From positions 17,112,001 through 17,176,000 of the forward strand of contig CM022671.1 in NCBI GenBank assembly GCA_012295275.1: a stretch of DNA of 64,000 nt. Direction: 5' to 3'. Positions 1 through 15,234 of this stretch are shown here, piece by piece. A program made the position numbers and the translations under genes. The first letter of the stretch is position 1. Every line of letters starts with the position of its first letter. This DNA is from Chrysomallon squamiferum (taxonomy: Eukaryota; Animalia; Mollusca). Below the pieces are notes generated by a model, which was not told the origin of the DNA, did not search any database, and saw only the letters and a program-made list of their open reading frames with translations.

Positions 1-242
1 AATATATAAATATAGATTTGTGGTAGGTATAAAAAGAATCTAGATATATAAATAGATAGTAGGTAGATATATATATAAAAAATATATTATGTTCTTTATG
101 TTCTTTTTCTTCGTTTTCTTCTTCTTCTTCTTCTTCTTCTTATTGTTATTATTGTTATGTGAAAGAGAGTGAGCGTAATCCCAGGAGTATTAATTAATAC
201 AGAAATTAAAAAACAACAATGAAAACATAAATGTATATATAT

Positions 243-247
<5 letters not shown>

Positions 248-336
<89 letters not shown>
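248..336. repeat. (AG)n microsatellite; similar long tracts at about 1609, 11813, 12425, 31000, 40189, 42594 and 49667
   Basis: Perfect dinucleotide runs of roughly 70-95 bp; many (TAA)n, (CTA)n, (CA)n and (TATG)n tracts also occur throughout. Confidence 0.97.
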
Positions 337-338
<2 letters not shown>

Positions 339-714
339 CACATTCTTAAAGTATATTGTGTTCATCATCTTAGCACAAAACTCATTAATTAGTTTCCTTA
401 ATCATTTTCCTTAATCATCGTTGTCAGCACAAAAGCGTGAATGTAATACAAATATAGACAATCACCATTAGTACCAAACTCTAATAGCTAATCCTATCTA
501 ATTACGATTTTTTTTTGTATTAGAAATCACTGAAGGGATAGTTTGATGTTAATTACTAATATTTGATGTTGTATATATACATCATTAGGCCGAAAGCAGT
601 TTCTATTTTAAGAAAACAAAAAAAAACACACGCAAAAATTTCTCACAAGGAACAGCTACTACTACTGCTGATATTATTTGTACTACATACTATTACTCTT
701 ACTACTACTCCTAC

Positions 715-1015
715 TTCTGGTGCTGTTGCTGCTGTTGCTACTACTACCATTACTACTGCTTCTATTTCTGATGCTGTTGCTGCTGTTGCTACTACTACCA
801 TTACTACTGCTTCTATTTCTGGTGCTGTTGCTGCTGTTGCTACTACTACCATTACTACTGCTTCTATTTCTGATGCTGTTGCTGCTGTTGCTACTACTAC
901 CATTACTACTGCTTCTATTTCTGGTGCTGTTGCTGCTGTTGCTACTACTACTACTTCTGCTTCTATTTCTGATGCTGTTGCTGCTGCTACTACTACCATT
1001 ACTACTGCTTCTGCT
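715..1015. repeat. 51-bp minisatellite, about 6 units, within CTA/GCT-rich low-complexity DNA
   Basis: Unit ctatttctg(a/g)tgctgttgctgctgttgctactactaccattactactgctt; the a/g variant alternates between units. Confidence 0.9.
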
Positions 1016-1123
1016 GCTACTATTACTACTACTTCCAGTTCTACTTCTGCGCTTCTACTATTACTGCTACCTCTTCTGTTGCTGCTATTACTACTTACTT
1101 CTGCTGCTTGCTGCTACTACTAT

Positions 1124-1181
<58 letters not shown>

Positions 1182-1607
1182 GCTTCCACTTCCACTTCTG
1201 CTGCTACTACTACTACTTCTGCTTATTTTTCAGTTGCTGTTGCAACAATTACTATTACTTACTTTCTGCTTCTGTTGCTGCTACTACTATTACTTCTATT
1301 TCTTCTTCTTCTTCTGCTGCTACTACTACTACTACTACTACTACTATTTATTTTTGTTACTGTTACTGCTACTTCTAATATCGCTTGCTATTACTACTAC
1401 TACTACTACTAAAGTCATAATGCATTTACGGACCTGCTAAACCTGTTATTTTACATTCTAAACAAACAAATAAATGTAGCCTACTTATGCCGCTTTTAAT
1501 TATGACTAATAAACTTCTATATATTTCAACAGTAAAATAATGATTGTATTTGGATTCTTCTGTGATGATATTTTATATGTTGTATGTGTGTATATGTATC
1601 GGTATAT

Positions 1608-1687
<80 letters not shown>

Positions 1688-2755
1688 ATTATACATTTAC
1701 TTCTTCGACATGCATTACTGTATGCATATCACGTACACGTATGTATTTAGATTGTAGTTTGGTTGACATGTTATCAAAACTGACAGCACCAGTAACGACA
1801 TTACACATCAACAAATAACGTTATGCTCGCATGCTTGGAGTTAATATTGCAGGAACCAGTTATGATAATTACGCAAATCTCGAATCTGATAGCGAAGATA
1901 ATCATGAATAAATGATCCATTTTACAGCCGCCAGTATTCATGTACTTATAACATGACTGTAAGACACGGCAAACTGTCAGATGACGACTTCACTGGACGT
2001 TTCAGAAATGCACTGAGGTGGAAAGAAAAACTGTCGCCATTTTGTCTGAACTGGAGTCACAGTGGCTTTTCCGGTCTATTAACATTTCATAGCGTTACTG
2101 ACTGTATTATACACTGTTTAAATGAACGTTAGTTAACTTTGATTTTTTTTCTTAAGATAACTGGATTTATTAAAAATTTACTGAATAAACCGTATGGCAT
2201 ATTTGATAATTATTATCTTTACATCCAGTATTTGTACGGTGATCTATATATATATGTAAGAGTTCCTTCCCTTTAGAATTAATTTTCACTGTAAACAGTC
2301 TGAAGTGGTTGAATATATGGTTTTTTTCTTAACGCCTCAGCGTAGTGTATTATGAATCCTTTCTCGATGTTAAACTTGTAGTTTTATTTAACAATGGTAT
2401 ACCAAATGAAACTCGCTGCTGCTATATACCGGTCTGTTCTTTTAGACTAGCAGTAAGGGATCTTTTACATCCACATAACAACGATGAATAACGTTCATTT
2501 TCTTCTTCTTTTTCTTTTTAAATAAATAAATAAATAAATATAATGATAATAATAATAGACAGAGAATTTTAACTTTGTAAATTTAACTGAATAAATGGGC
2601 CGTTGCCTTTCATCTGTTCCTATAAACTATTATTGTTTTAACATGTCCTTTGTTGTTGAGGACCTTTTTAAATTTTATTTAAGTGCTCTTAAATTTGTTT
2701 CTGTACTATATTTTCGATTTATTGATAAATTACATTCTGTTTACATATCATTCAG

Positions 2756-2842
<87 letters not shown>

Positions 2843-4019
2843 GTTATTGTTATTTCTATTACTATTACTGCTACAACTGTTAAAACAAATATTGCTTTAC
2901 CGTGTGAAATAAAATGTAACACTTAATTTATTTTTATTATGTTGAACCTATGGGGAAAAAACCCCATCATAAAATAAAAGAAAGAAATCTGCGAGACAGG
3001 CAGACAAACAAACACAGAAGCGAAGAAATTGCAAGAAATAAAATAAAAAACAAACAGCAACAACAACAAAATCCTACGAGACAGACGGACAAACAAAAAA
3101 ACAGCAACCAACAAATATAAAAATCAATAAATAAATAAAATAAAAATCCTCCGAGACTGATAGACTTACAGACACAGAACCAAAGAAACAGCAGGAAACC
3201 CCCAAAACCTGCAAGTTTACTCAAAACATTGTCACACACAGATTTGCCAAAAAAGTGACTGTAAACAATGCCAACGAATGTTTTAGATCTCTCACCGTTT
3301 CTACTTTTTCAATTTAATGTTGGTAATATCTTCTTCAGTTAAAAAAAACTTAATCTGTGTCTCTTATTCGTCTTTTTAAACAACATATTTGACGACGATA
3401 ATGCTTTACCGAAGATTAGTCTCCTAGCAACGACCCAGTAATACTTTTTTTAAATTTTTAAACCGGATTAACAGCCAATATAATTCATTTCGTTAATGTA
3501 CCATTTTTTTTTTCTTTTTTTTTGCTGCTGCTGCTATCAAAGCCTGTAGTAATACTGCTAATGTCAGTAGCATTGCTACAGCTACCACGAAGACAACCAT
3601 AACGACGATGACGGCAATATTACCATAACAGCAGCAAAAGCAATAACAACAACAAATAATATTACAAAAAATGCTACTGCACTGCTTTAATTGTATTTTT
3701 GGTAACAGGGCAAGGCTATTTGTTTTAAAAAGTTGTAAATTTTTGGTAAAACCATTTGTATTTGAACCCGAGCTACTGTTGTCAGCTGAAAATAGAAAAT
3801 AATTGTATAATATTGGTTAATTTCATAAAAATGTCTTCAACATTTGCTCTCAATGTGTGTAATAGTCCATCCTCCATTTTTTTTTTACCACTTCTCACTT
3901 CTTTTATTTATTTTTTTATTTTTGTGAATTGTAAACCAGTGAGCGAAAAGACTTAAAGCTAATAAACAACAACAAACAACTATTAATTAGCAGTAATAGT
4001 ATTGCTAATAATTTGTATA

Positions 4020-4092
<73 letters not shown>

Positions 4093-4332
4093 TACTACTG
4101 TACTACTATACTACTACTACTGTTATTGTTACTGTTACTACAACAGCTGCTGCTATTTCTACTACTACCATACCATTACCATTATCTTTACAAATAGTTC
4201 AGCCATTGACATTATCATCTTAAATATAACGATGTTAGTGAATAAAGAAAGTGTGATTAGATTACAAATAGACCATTTTCGATTTCCTTGTTTTGCTCTT
4301 TTATTTATTTATTTATTTACTTATTTATTTGT

Positions 4333-4387
<55 letters not shown>

Positions 4388-4400
4388 TTATTACTACTAC

Positions 4401-4431
<31 letters not shown>

Positions 4432-4588
4432 TTTATATTTTTATTTTTTTTTATTTAGGATATTTTAACTGTCATTGTGTTGGTTTTCTTGTATTATGTT
4501 AGATAATCTAAAATATTCTGTTCAGCAACTTTCACGTATGAATGAAAACTAGAATTGATCAATACTGCATTATTATTGTGTGCTTTCT

Positions 4589-4642
<54 letters not shown>

Positions 4643-5076
4643 ACATACACACAAGTGTTTTATTTAGGAACATATACAAAACAACTCAACGCAACTACCT
4701 GAATGAAAACTAGAACCGATCAATATTATATTATTGTTGCATGCTTTCGACATATATATATATATATATTAATAAATACATTTATAACTGTTTTATTTAT
4801 GAACACGTACAAAAAACAAGAACAAAAAGACAATGAACTAGTGATAAGAATTCTTGTTTTGAAAGAGAAACAGTTGAACAGCTTGTCCTGGATGATGTGG
4901 GGAAAATTAAACTATTATTTTACAGAACATCAACAAAATGCAACATAATGAATGGTAAAGAAACTTAAAAAAAAGAAAAGAAAATCGTAACAGACAGAAA
5001 TAAAGTAAAAACTTGAGAAACACACAGAGAAACACATACAAATAGGAATTTTAAACGAAAAAAATAAACAGCTGTT

Positions 5077-5108
<32 letters not shown>

Positions 5109-6481
5109 TGAAAATGTAAACTTGTATCGCCCAGGTATAATATTATTTCCTTCTTATAACATCTGGGCAAAACGACGTTTAATTCTGTCGACAAAACCTT
5201 AAGTATACCGTGCTCTTATTCTCTCCTTCATCTGCACTACAACAGTAAAGTCATCCTCATCATTATAACTAGTAACGTTATGATCGTCAAAAGAATATCG
5301 TTCTTAGTTAGGGGCGGATCTGACATGAATGTGATAAGGCTTGAACTCCAGAGCTCGTGATAAAATAACAGTGGTGTTCTGACTTGGTGGACGACTGCCA
5401 AGGTCCCCCAAAACACATCAAGATTCAGGGCACCCAGATTGAAGTTCAGCCGCTGTTTATAGTCATTATAACTATCAGCAAGAAAATAATAATCGTTAAC
5501 AGCAGAACAGTTATTATTATTATCATCATCATCATCATCACCATCATCATTAGCAGTAATAGCTGTATCATCACTGTGATGATCAACCTGATCAAGATAA
5601 GCACACTCGTCAGATCTGAACTTTCCCACAAACAGCCACACGAACGATATCGTAATGGCTGAAATAAATATCACTTTACCTGCATATCGATGCAGAAAGC
5701 AATTTGTCGAAATAATCCCTTTGATTAAGTTATTAATACCACATCATTTTCACAAATTACAAAGCCTGGAATGACTGTATCCAGACAGTCCGTGCACGAT
5801 CAGGTCGATTAATTATTTATACACTGTAAACAAATATTTTCGTTGAAGAGGAAACATCGCCGTTTAATGAAGTTAATTTTGAAAAAAGATCCATCAGCAA
5901 TTGGGAAAACCAAAAAAAAAAAAAAAAAAAAAAACACAGTAATAATAATAATTTCTGATTATAGACTCTTTCACTGGAATTTTCTTCTGGTAATATGATA
6001 CAAATGGGCAAATAAATATTTGCTATTTTCTTCAATTAATTATTTATTATTTAGTGGCAAACAATCTTCGCTAATAATAACGTATGGTAATCGTTGCGTC
6101 ATTTCGTATAATATTATAGTGAAACTCTTAAGAATGTTCTATTTAGCCTAAATTTCTATATAACAAAATGATGTGACGATCAAAGCAAAACAAATCATCG
6201 TCATGAATTTGTTATTTTATTGCCAGACTTTATTATTAGCGAAATATTAATCTAAGAAACAAATCAAACAATAAGTTAGTATTCTGTAAAATACATTCAG
6301 TCAATTTGTTCGACACCAAATGCATCGTTTATGGTTAAAAAAATTAAATGCAGCACCCAGTCAGCTTGAACATGTTAAAAATAAATTTTCTGATAAAACT
6401 GGAACAGGAAGTGATCACGAGGAACTTTAACTATAACTCTAATCCTCCAATCAACCGATTTGATATTTTTTTGTCTTGAAA

Positions 6482-6523
<42 letters not shown>

Positions 6524-8535
6524 CAAACTTGTAGGGAAAAAAACAAAAACAAATTAAAAATAAATTACTTTAACCACAAGAAGTCGGTCAAAATTTAAAT
6601 GCAAATTATAATTATATTTTTTACACACTCTATAAAAGAAATTAATGTCTATAATTATACTTTATTTCCCCTTATTTTGCAGATCGACGTAATTATTTGC
6701 CTGCGTTTAAAATAACAACACTGAAATATCTGTTATCGATATTTCGTTTCGCTTCACTGGCAGTTTGCGTCATAGTTACGTTTTTTTAATGAACCTGAAC
6801 TGATGAAATAAAATAAAACCAATTTTCTGACTGGCATTATTTATTTTATTATGCTTTTTTTTTTTTTTTTTTATTTTAAAATTTATATTTTATTTTATTT
6901 TATCTATATTTTAATTTTTTATTTAATTTTTTATTTCACTAGTTCTTTTTAAGGGTTTCCATTTACAAGGCTTTAAAAATAAAACAGCAAGAGAGAGAGA
7001 GAGATATACGACACGGTTTTAATAATAAATACTGCTGGAATTAGAGAGTGAAAAAGCAGTATGACTTTAATCATCCATCTCATGAATTAATTAAAATAAA
7101 GAAAAATAAGGTTGGCTTAATGACAGTTTTTCACATCATTAAATCAGCGTCTACCGAACTGAAATGAAAGAAAGAAAAAAAAGCTGAGATGTGTAGGATC
7201 GAATTTCCGATAAGAAAATTAATGAGATTTCCTCTTAGCCTATCTGAACTCTGTTGTGCTTAGAAATAAAACAGTAATTTATAATATTTGATCATCATCA
7301 TCGTCGTCATGATGATCATATTCATCATGATCGTGGTCATAACAATAACAATAATAATGATTAATACCAATATTGATGATCATCATGATGATCATTATTA
7401 CTGTTGTTGTTGTTGTGGTTAAATTTTATTATTATTATTGATTGTTAATTAATTATTATTATTGTTAAATGTTGCTTCTATTGTCTTACCATCTAACCAT
7501 CTACCTATAAACTAAAGCCAGATATTTAAATGTTTTTTTTTTTAAATGTTTTAACAATAACAGGTCTATAATGTAGAAATAAAATTATTGAAGTTTATAT
7601 CAGTAAAGTCGAATGAAAAAAAAAAAAAAAAAACAACAACAAAAAAACAAGATAAAAATTCCCACAAACACCCAACAAAAAAAAAAAAAAAAAAACCAAC
7701 AAAAACCCAAAACAAACAGAACAAAGAAGAAAAACAACAAGAAGAAGAAAAAAATATATAACAAAACAACATAATACAAAATAAACTCCTGACATTTTTC
7801 GTTCTGCTTTCCAAAAATTTCGGGTGAATTTACAGTGTGAATGAAACTAGAAGGAAAAAAAAACAACGGAAGTAAACAAAAACACGACGAAATTTGGTCG
7901 CGGACGAATAAAATTTTATGATAAAGATTCAAGGAGTATGAATAACACTGACCTAGTATAAGAAACACTGGTTTATACCCGTAAGTTAATAATAGAAGTT
8001 ACTTTACTGGAAATAGTTTCTTGTCATCTACATTATATCGGTATTATAAGTTTTCAAATCAAGAGAGTTTCTGATTAAACCTTAGAGAAATCTATTTAAC
8101 TCATTGAGACAATGGTTTACGACAAAGACAGTAGTAAACTCTAGTCTTCATTTCACATGGATCAAGAGAGACAGACTGCAAATGCTGCTGATGTTTAAGA
8201 TGCTTCCATAAGAGTATTGTTCATACACGCCTGTCGTGGGTACGTCGCTAACAGCCTTGTCTTAATAATTTGATTTATAAATGCACTTTGATCATTCTTG
8301 ATTAACTTGAACTTATGACATCGTCTTGTTTTCGTCTCTCTCATTAGATATTTAAATACAGTGCTTGAAAACAAACCTGCTGTGATAATTACAATGAACA
8401 GTGATCTTGACTTTGCTAGTGTCTCCGTATCAAATGTCAAAGCACTGAATTAGAATTCGTTACTATTCTTGGTCTTTAAATGTGACCAGATGAAATATTA
8501 AAAGAAAAATATATAAAAAAAAAAAAAAAAAAATG

Positions 8536-8577
<42 letters not shown>

Positions 8578-8907
8578 TAAAGAAAATAATAATAATAATA
8601 AAAAAAAGATTCTAATCTGAATTTTCATTTTTCCTGCTCATGTTTGTTATTCTGATAACCTTGAAAATGAAAATCATTTTGTGTTGCCATTCGATAAACG
8701 TGATACATGGATTATATTTCCATTTGTTTCCTCACTGTTTATGTTTTTATACGTACAAAATACAATCTCTGGATTAGAGAGAAATAACAAATGAAACTAA
8801 TAATCCTATTTTTTTCTTCTTTCTTTTTTTTTTTTTTTTTTTTTTTTCAAAAAAAATAAAATAAAATAAAAAAAGGAAAAATAGAAATAAAAATAAAAAA
8901 ATAAATA

Positions 8908-8939
<32 letters not shown>

Positions 8940-9165
8940 CTGTTGTGGATTCCTCTTTCTGATGTATCTTTGAAAATAAAATGAGTCATTATAAAGAAAT
9001 AAGAAAACAACAATAATAAAAATTAAAAAAATTAAAGAACAAAAAAAAAGAACAAAGTAAACAATACAAGACAGAGGGATAAGGAAGTTCAGTTCAACGT
9101 AACATGACTGACGTCCGTTAAATTTCAAGTACAAAACAAACATCTTAAGAGTCTTTAAACAGGCG

Positions 9166-9196
<31 letters not shown>

Positions 9197-10162
9197 GTTG
9201 TTGTTGTTGTTGTTGTTGTTATTATAGTTGTTGTTATTTTTATTACTACTACTGTTATTGTTATTATATTTGTTGAACACTATTATTATTGTTATATTAT
9301 TGTTAATTTTATTACTATTGTTTTTGTTATAATTGTCATTATATTATTATTATTATTGTTTTTGCTTTTGTTGTTGTTGTTGTTATTATTATTATTTTTT
9401 TTTTTATTGATGTGATTTCTGCACAGAAAAAACAAAAACTGAAAATTATCTGTAATCATCTTTTAATGAAGATATGTCATTAAAATACATATATTACAAA
9501 ATATAACTTTTGATTTTATAAGATTGATGATAATTAGTGGTACAAACGGTGTAAGAAAAATAAATAAAAATAAAACTGTTAACAGTCGACGATAAAATTT
9601 CAGTTGTAAAATAATTCGCTAATTATTTTAAAGTCTTAATATTGCATTGTAATGTGTAAAGATTCTTGTGTCTAAAATAAGCGAAATGTTAAACGTACGA
9701 AATAAGATTAATTAAAACTAATTCACTGTGCAACACAACAGTTCATCCCTCACTAATTTAAATAATATAATAGTGATGATGTCCAAATATTCCTTGACAC
9801 ATCAGAAATGTATATCAAAGAATAGTTCTGTTCCTTCACCAATAGAAACTTTGAATACTGAAGACAGAATCTTTCAAGAATAATTTTTTGTGCCTTGAAT
9901 GGAAATATTTGACAAATTTTGATGTGAATAAGAAAATTTAAGATTAGTCAGAGGTTTTCCATCAGTCTGTTTTTACCATAAGTTAAATGTTTATATCACG
10001 AACCAAAACCCTCACTTAAAAAAAATAAAAAAAAATAAATAAATAAAAAAAAATTAATCAAAGACGAAGGAAAATTAAAAATTAAATCCTACCAGGAAAA
10101 GAACATTATTAACACATATTTCATTTTGTGAGTCTTGAATTGATAGACATCAAATAAATCTA

Positions 10163-10213
<51 letters not shown>

Positions 10214-10253
10214 ATGAATAAATAAATAAAAGTATCTACCATGTTGAAAAACA

Positions 10254-11075
10254 TCACCTTCTCGGCATAATGTCGCTGGTGGACCTGGCTCTCTGCCTGT
10301 CGCTTGCTCCTCTCACTCGAAGTCGTCGCGACGTGGGAGAAGGCGACCGAGAAGCTTTCAGTTCGGCGACTTCCTCGCTGGACACTTCCCTGGACGCGTG
10401 GATCGCGGGTCGCGTCACCGGCTGTGGACGAAAACTGGCGTCCAGAAGATTCTTTTGACTTCTCGGAGAGACGATTTGGTTTAAATTTCCATCCGATTTG
10501 CAGAACGTCTTCAGATTGTGCAGATTGTGCGTGATCACCACGGGTCTGCCGTCTCTGTATTTTCTTTGCATCACCGGGGAAGGCACCAGCAGGCTGGTTG
10601 TGACGTCAGTGCTGTCTAACGTTCTGGATCTGGCGGCAGCAGACGTTAAACTGGGGCTCGGAGAGGACAGACGTTCGTCACACTTTTCGACGGTTATGGC
10701 CGGAAAACCCGATGCGTTAACTTTTCCCTTTGACCCGTTGCTATCCGAACTGGCAATGGAATCTCCAGACATTTCCCTGGGGGCAGGGGAACACATAAAC
10801 CGCCCCGGTTCAAGATCGTTTTCGTCTACGTACCTGTCCGAATCCAGATGGTTGAATCTGTTGTAACATTCCGTTCCCAGAATCGTCATTTCCGATCGTT
10901 CTCCGTGTTTAGAATGGGAAGAGTTGTTTCTTTCGCCGAGCTTGTCTTTGCCAGCAACGTGTTTGTTACTGAACGTCGTCCTCGAACCCGCCTGCTTCTT
11001 GTGCTTGTCGGGACTTTCGCCCGATTTCAAAGGAGGCAGGTTATAAACCGCACCGCTTTTCTCACTCCTACGCAT
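10254..11075 (-). CDS. Uncharacterized basic, Ser/Arg-rich, probably disordered protein (single exon, or first exon of a longer gene)
   Basis: 273-codon non-repetitive ORF coinciding with a sharply GC-rich block in AT-rich DNA. ATG has A at -3 and an in-frame TGA five codons upstream. The stop overlaps a possible donor AG|GTGATG. No recognisable domain. Confidence 0.75.
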   Translation of the reverse strand: MRRSEKSGAVYNLPPLKSGESPDKHKKQAGSRTTFSNKHVAGKDKLGERNNSSHSKHGERSEMTILGTECYNRFNHLDSDRYVDENDLEPGRFMCSPAPREMSGDSIASSDSNGSKGKVNASGFPAITVEKCDERLSSPSPSLTSAAARSRTLDSTDVTTSLLVPSPVMQRKYRDGRPVVITHNLHNLKTFCKSDGNLNQIVSPRSQKNLLDASFRPQPVTRPAIHASREVSSEEVAELKASRSPSPTSRRLRVRGASDRQRARSTSDIMPRR

Positions 11076-11811
11076 TATTTTACAAGTTCACTAAACGAAT
11101 CGGTGAAAACGATATAGAATTAACGACTGTTCTTTTTTTTTGTTCACCACTTTTTTTAATTTTTTTTTTTATTAGCCCATCAAATCTGTGCCTATTGATT
11201 ATTATTATTATTGTAATATATTTTTTTTGTTGTTGTTGTAGTTGTTGAAAAAAAATAATAAAATAAAATACCGACAACCAGTTTCTATTCTGAAACACTG
11301 AAGAAAAACAGTCACGTTAATTTCCCAGTCTGCTTGCGTGTGTTTACCTGTGCGCGTAATGGCTGTAGCCTGGACGTTTCCTCCAGGCTCATTAATATTA
11401 TACTGCTCCATATTGATTAGTTCATACACAAACTCTGCTTTGTAACTTCATCGACCGCGCGCCATTCATGTTAAAGGTAAAATATAAAAAAAAAATAAAA
11501 ACACGTCGAATGTTAACGGATTGAGATCGGATGATGACAGTGCAGTGTTGATGGAATTGCAAGACAGAGAAAAATAACGTGTATGGAATAAGAAAAAAAA
11601 AAAGGTCACGAGCCCAGGTTAAGAGAATTAGAAGAAGATGATGGAGAGTGGAAAAAGAAAAATATCGCGAGTATCGGAGTGACGGAAAGGTGAATAGAGA
11701 AATGTATATATATAATATTATATGTTTTGTGTGTGTGCGTGTGTGTGTGTGTGTGTGTACGCACATACACATAGATACACGCAGACTGAGTGGAGGTGTA
11801 TGTGTGTGTGT

Positions 11812-11908
<97 letters not shown>

Positions 11909-12420
11909 TTTTCAACATTTCTTTGGATTTTCTAATTCATATACTTTAGACAGAGATGTTTATAGTAGAGAAAAAGAAAAAGATTCTTTGGCCTTTGATG
12001 TACAAGATATGGATTAAATCTAATGGACTCACTGACTATAAGAGAAATCGAACACAATGAACAGAAAAAAATAGGAAACAAAACTGTAATAAAATACAAA
12101 TCATATTTTTAAAGAGATTGTTTTTTAATGATCCGGATGAATGTATGTAAACAACAGTCATTATTGCTTTTAAAAGCTGTCATTTTGCTTCTATCAGTAA
12201 GTATGCATTTTTTTTTAATGTTTTTAAATATGTTCACTTATTTACTGAGATATGCGTGCTTGTAGATAGCTAAACTTCAATTCATTTTAAAGTACTCATT
12301 GTTTTGATGTTCTGTTTATAAAGGTGTCGTACTTCAAATCAGTTTGATGTGCGGATGTAAGTAATGTTTGTCAGATTTGGTACATTAGTTTAGATACACA
12401 TATGTTTCTATAATAAATAT

Positions 12421-12545
<125 letters not shown>

Positions 12546-15201
12546 AAATTCAGCCAAACTTACACAAGCCGAAGCATATTAAACTGTTACAAACAGTATT
12601 CTTTCTATCGATTTCTTTAACCTGTCCTGATTTTAACTACAAATCCTACAAAGAAGAACGCAAGTCGACTTTGGAAGTCTTTATTCTAACATCGTTATCA
12701 CAGAATACAAAATTAAAACTCAAGAACACAGGCAAAACATTACACCGACAGGCAGAAATTAAAATGTACAGGTGATAATGTGAAAACAGTAGCCTGATAC
12801 ATTTTTTTAGTACACTCCCAAGTGGATATTTTAATTATCACTCAAAACCAAACTTTACTAACAATAAAGTCTGACCAATATATAATGTTTTATAGATTCT
12901 TTTGTGTGATGTCAAGGACGTAGAATTATTTATTTAAAAGAAACACACAAAAGAACAAGAAGAGAAAGAGAAAATCTATTTTAAAGTGTAGCAGATTTGT
13001 GAATGATTTTCAGTAAATAATGACGAAGAAAGAATGGTACAGTATTAGCAAAACCCGTATCTTTCTGTCTATCAGTCCATATACTAGGTCCCTGGACGTG
13101 CATGCTTGAGTGCGTGCGTGGATATGTGTGTGTAAATATCAGGTAAACAAGAAAGTAATAAATAATATCAGTAGTATTTCATAAATTGCCGTCGTTATTG
13201 TAATACTAAAGTTAAACTTTATTATTAGCAAAGGACAGTATCAAAAATGAAATAAAATATACATCTAGAAGTATAAAAAACCATATACATAGGCTGTTTA
13301 ATAACAGTATCATAAGTTCACTTTAATTAACAAAAACAAAACAAATAATAATAATAATTAAAAAAAACCCCAGTTATATGTAAACCTGTCGGCTAACTTG
13401 CAATGGATCTATTATACACACGTACATGTCTCTTGGACATAATTAACCAGTACAAAACAATGTGATATTACATTATCATGTTTTATACATGTATATATAT
13501 ATATATACACACACACATATAGTTATATAAACGATACAAAATGAATTACGGTCTATTACTTAATTAGTACCAACTGAATTACGTTTCGCTATAGAAAATG
13601 TAGGAAATCAAAAACATATAATACAGTATATATATATACAAAGAGTATGAAAATCGAGTGCTATTCTATACACCAAAAACACTGACGTAGCTGATTCTTA
13701 CGCTAATTTCAATATAACCATTACTGAGTTTACATAAGGTCACATTCAGTTGTTAATTCACGCAAATAGGGAAGCGTCGGAAATGAAACATCCGAAACAA
13801 ATACGCGTGCATTGTGGAAAACGATAGAGTTAAAGAGCGACGTTGTCTATACAGTACTAACGGATGAATATCGATTCTTGCTCACTTGTTGATTGGCGTA
13901 GAAGCAATACGTTCTGACAGTGACGTCATGAATTTTTTTAGAAACGCCTCGATTATTACTTTTCTTTATTTTTTTATTTACTTACCCATTGGTTGTTTAT
14001 TATGAATTCTGCATCAGACAAAAATGATGTTCACAAAAGCGAAAATGTAATAAATAAATAAATAAAATAAAATAAAATAAAATAAAATAATAATAATAAT
14101 AATAATAATAATAATTAAACAAGAGAGGTGTGCCCGGCGCCCCTACTTCATATTTATACAGATTGAATATATATATATATATATATATGTTTATATTTGT
14201 CTCGTTATTATCGTATTTGATCTTAAATGCTTTATTACGTTTTGAAAATAGCAGATTCACCTTTAACATAAGATACCAATAAGAATTCGCATCTGTTGAT
14301 GAAAATTTAATGTGAAATTAAAATACAAATAAATTATTTAAATATTTATAATTAATTATTAAATGCGAATTATCTTATTACACGAAAGCAAAACTAATTG
14401 CTTGTTATTTATTTATTTATCATGATGATGATCATCATCATCATTTATACCAAAATGATAATGCTTATTTGTCAATGGAATCTTGGCTTCGCTTCATGTC
14501 TGATAAATTATACATTTTGTTTCTTTTAAAATAACATTTCCATTGCTTCTCTGCATTTTTAACAGAACACAAATCCGTCATTTGCTTTGTTATTTCGTGA
14601 TGATGTCCTCTTTGCATCATAATCACGTGACACATCTAGATAGTAACAGATCACGCAAGACAAAAAAGTTCATTTAACGACTTAAATGATTTAACGAAAT
14701 GAGATTGAGGACACGACATGAAAATATTTTGTTTTACAAATTACCTGTGAAATAATTAATTGAATGATTCACATGTATTCCTAGTCTAGACGTTACTAAA
14801 ACGTTCTTTTGACGTAACGTAATAAAATAAGAATAATTTCTGATATCATTCCTCATCGATATAAAAAAAAAAAAGAAGGTATAACATAAATGTAACCTGT
14901 ACAAAACTGTAATAAAACCATATAAACAGTTGTAATAATAATAATATGTTCTGCTAAGTTTAAGGTAACCATGTAAGATATACATCACAACAGGAAAATC
15001 ACACGTTTAACTAGATTAACAACAACCATTTATAACATTCAACGATTAATAACATCTAATATTAATAACATTAATCGAACTAATCTTACAGATAATTCAT
15101 CTCGATATTTATACAGATAATCGTATGTATGTATGTATGTATGTATAATGTATATATGTATGTATGTATGTATGTATGTGTGTATGTATGTATGTATAAT
15201 G

Positions 15202-15234
<33 letters not shown>

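Noticed and set aside
563-1440. Long overlapping ORFs (271, 244, 118 and 110 aa) resembling mucin or Leu-rich proteins
   Set aside because: Open only because of stop-free CTA/GCT repeats; several frames are open at once and there is no splice or domain support
5237-5674. 145-aa minus-strand ORF
   Set aside because: Non-ATG start, spans ATC/ATT microsatellites, no recognisable homology; aggggcggatc at about 5310 may be a MITE end but I found no partner
10270-11117. Plus-strand ORFs of 62-122 aa
   Set aside because: Antisense shadows of the GC-rich minus-strand ORF
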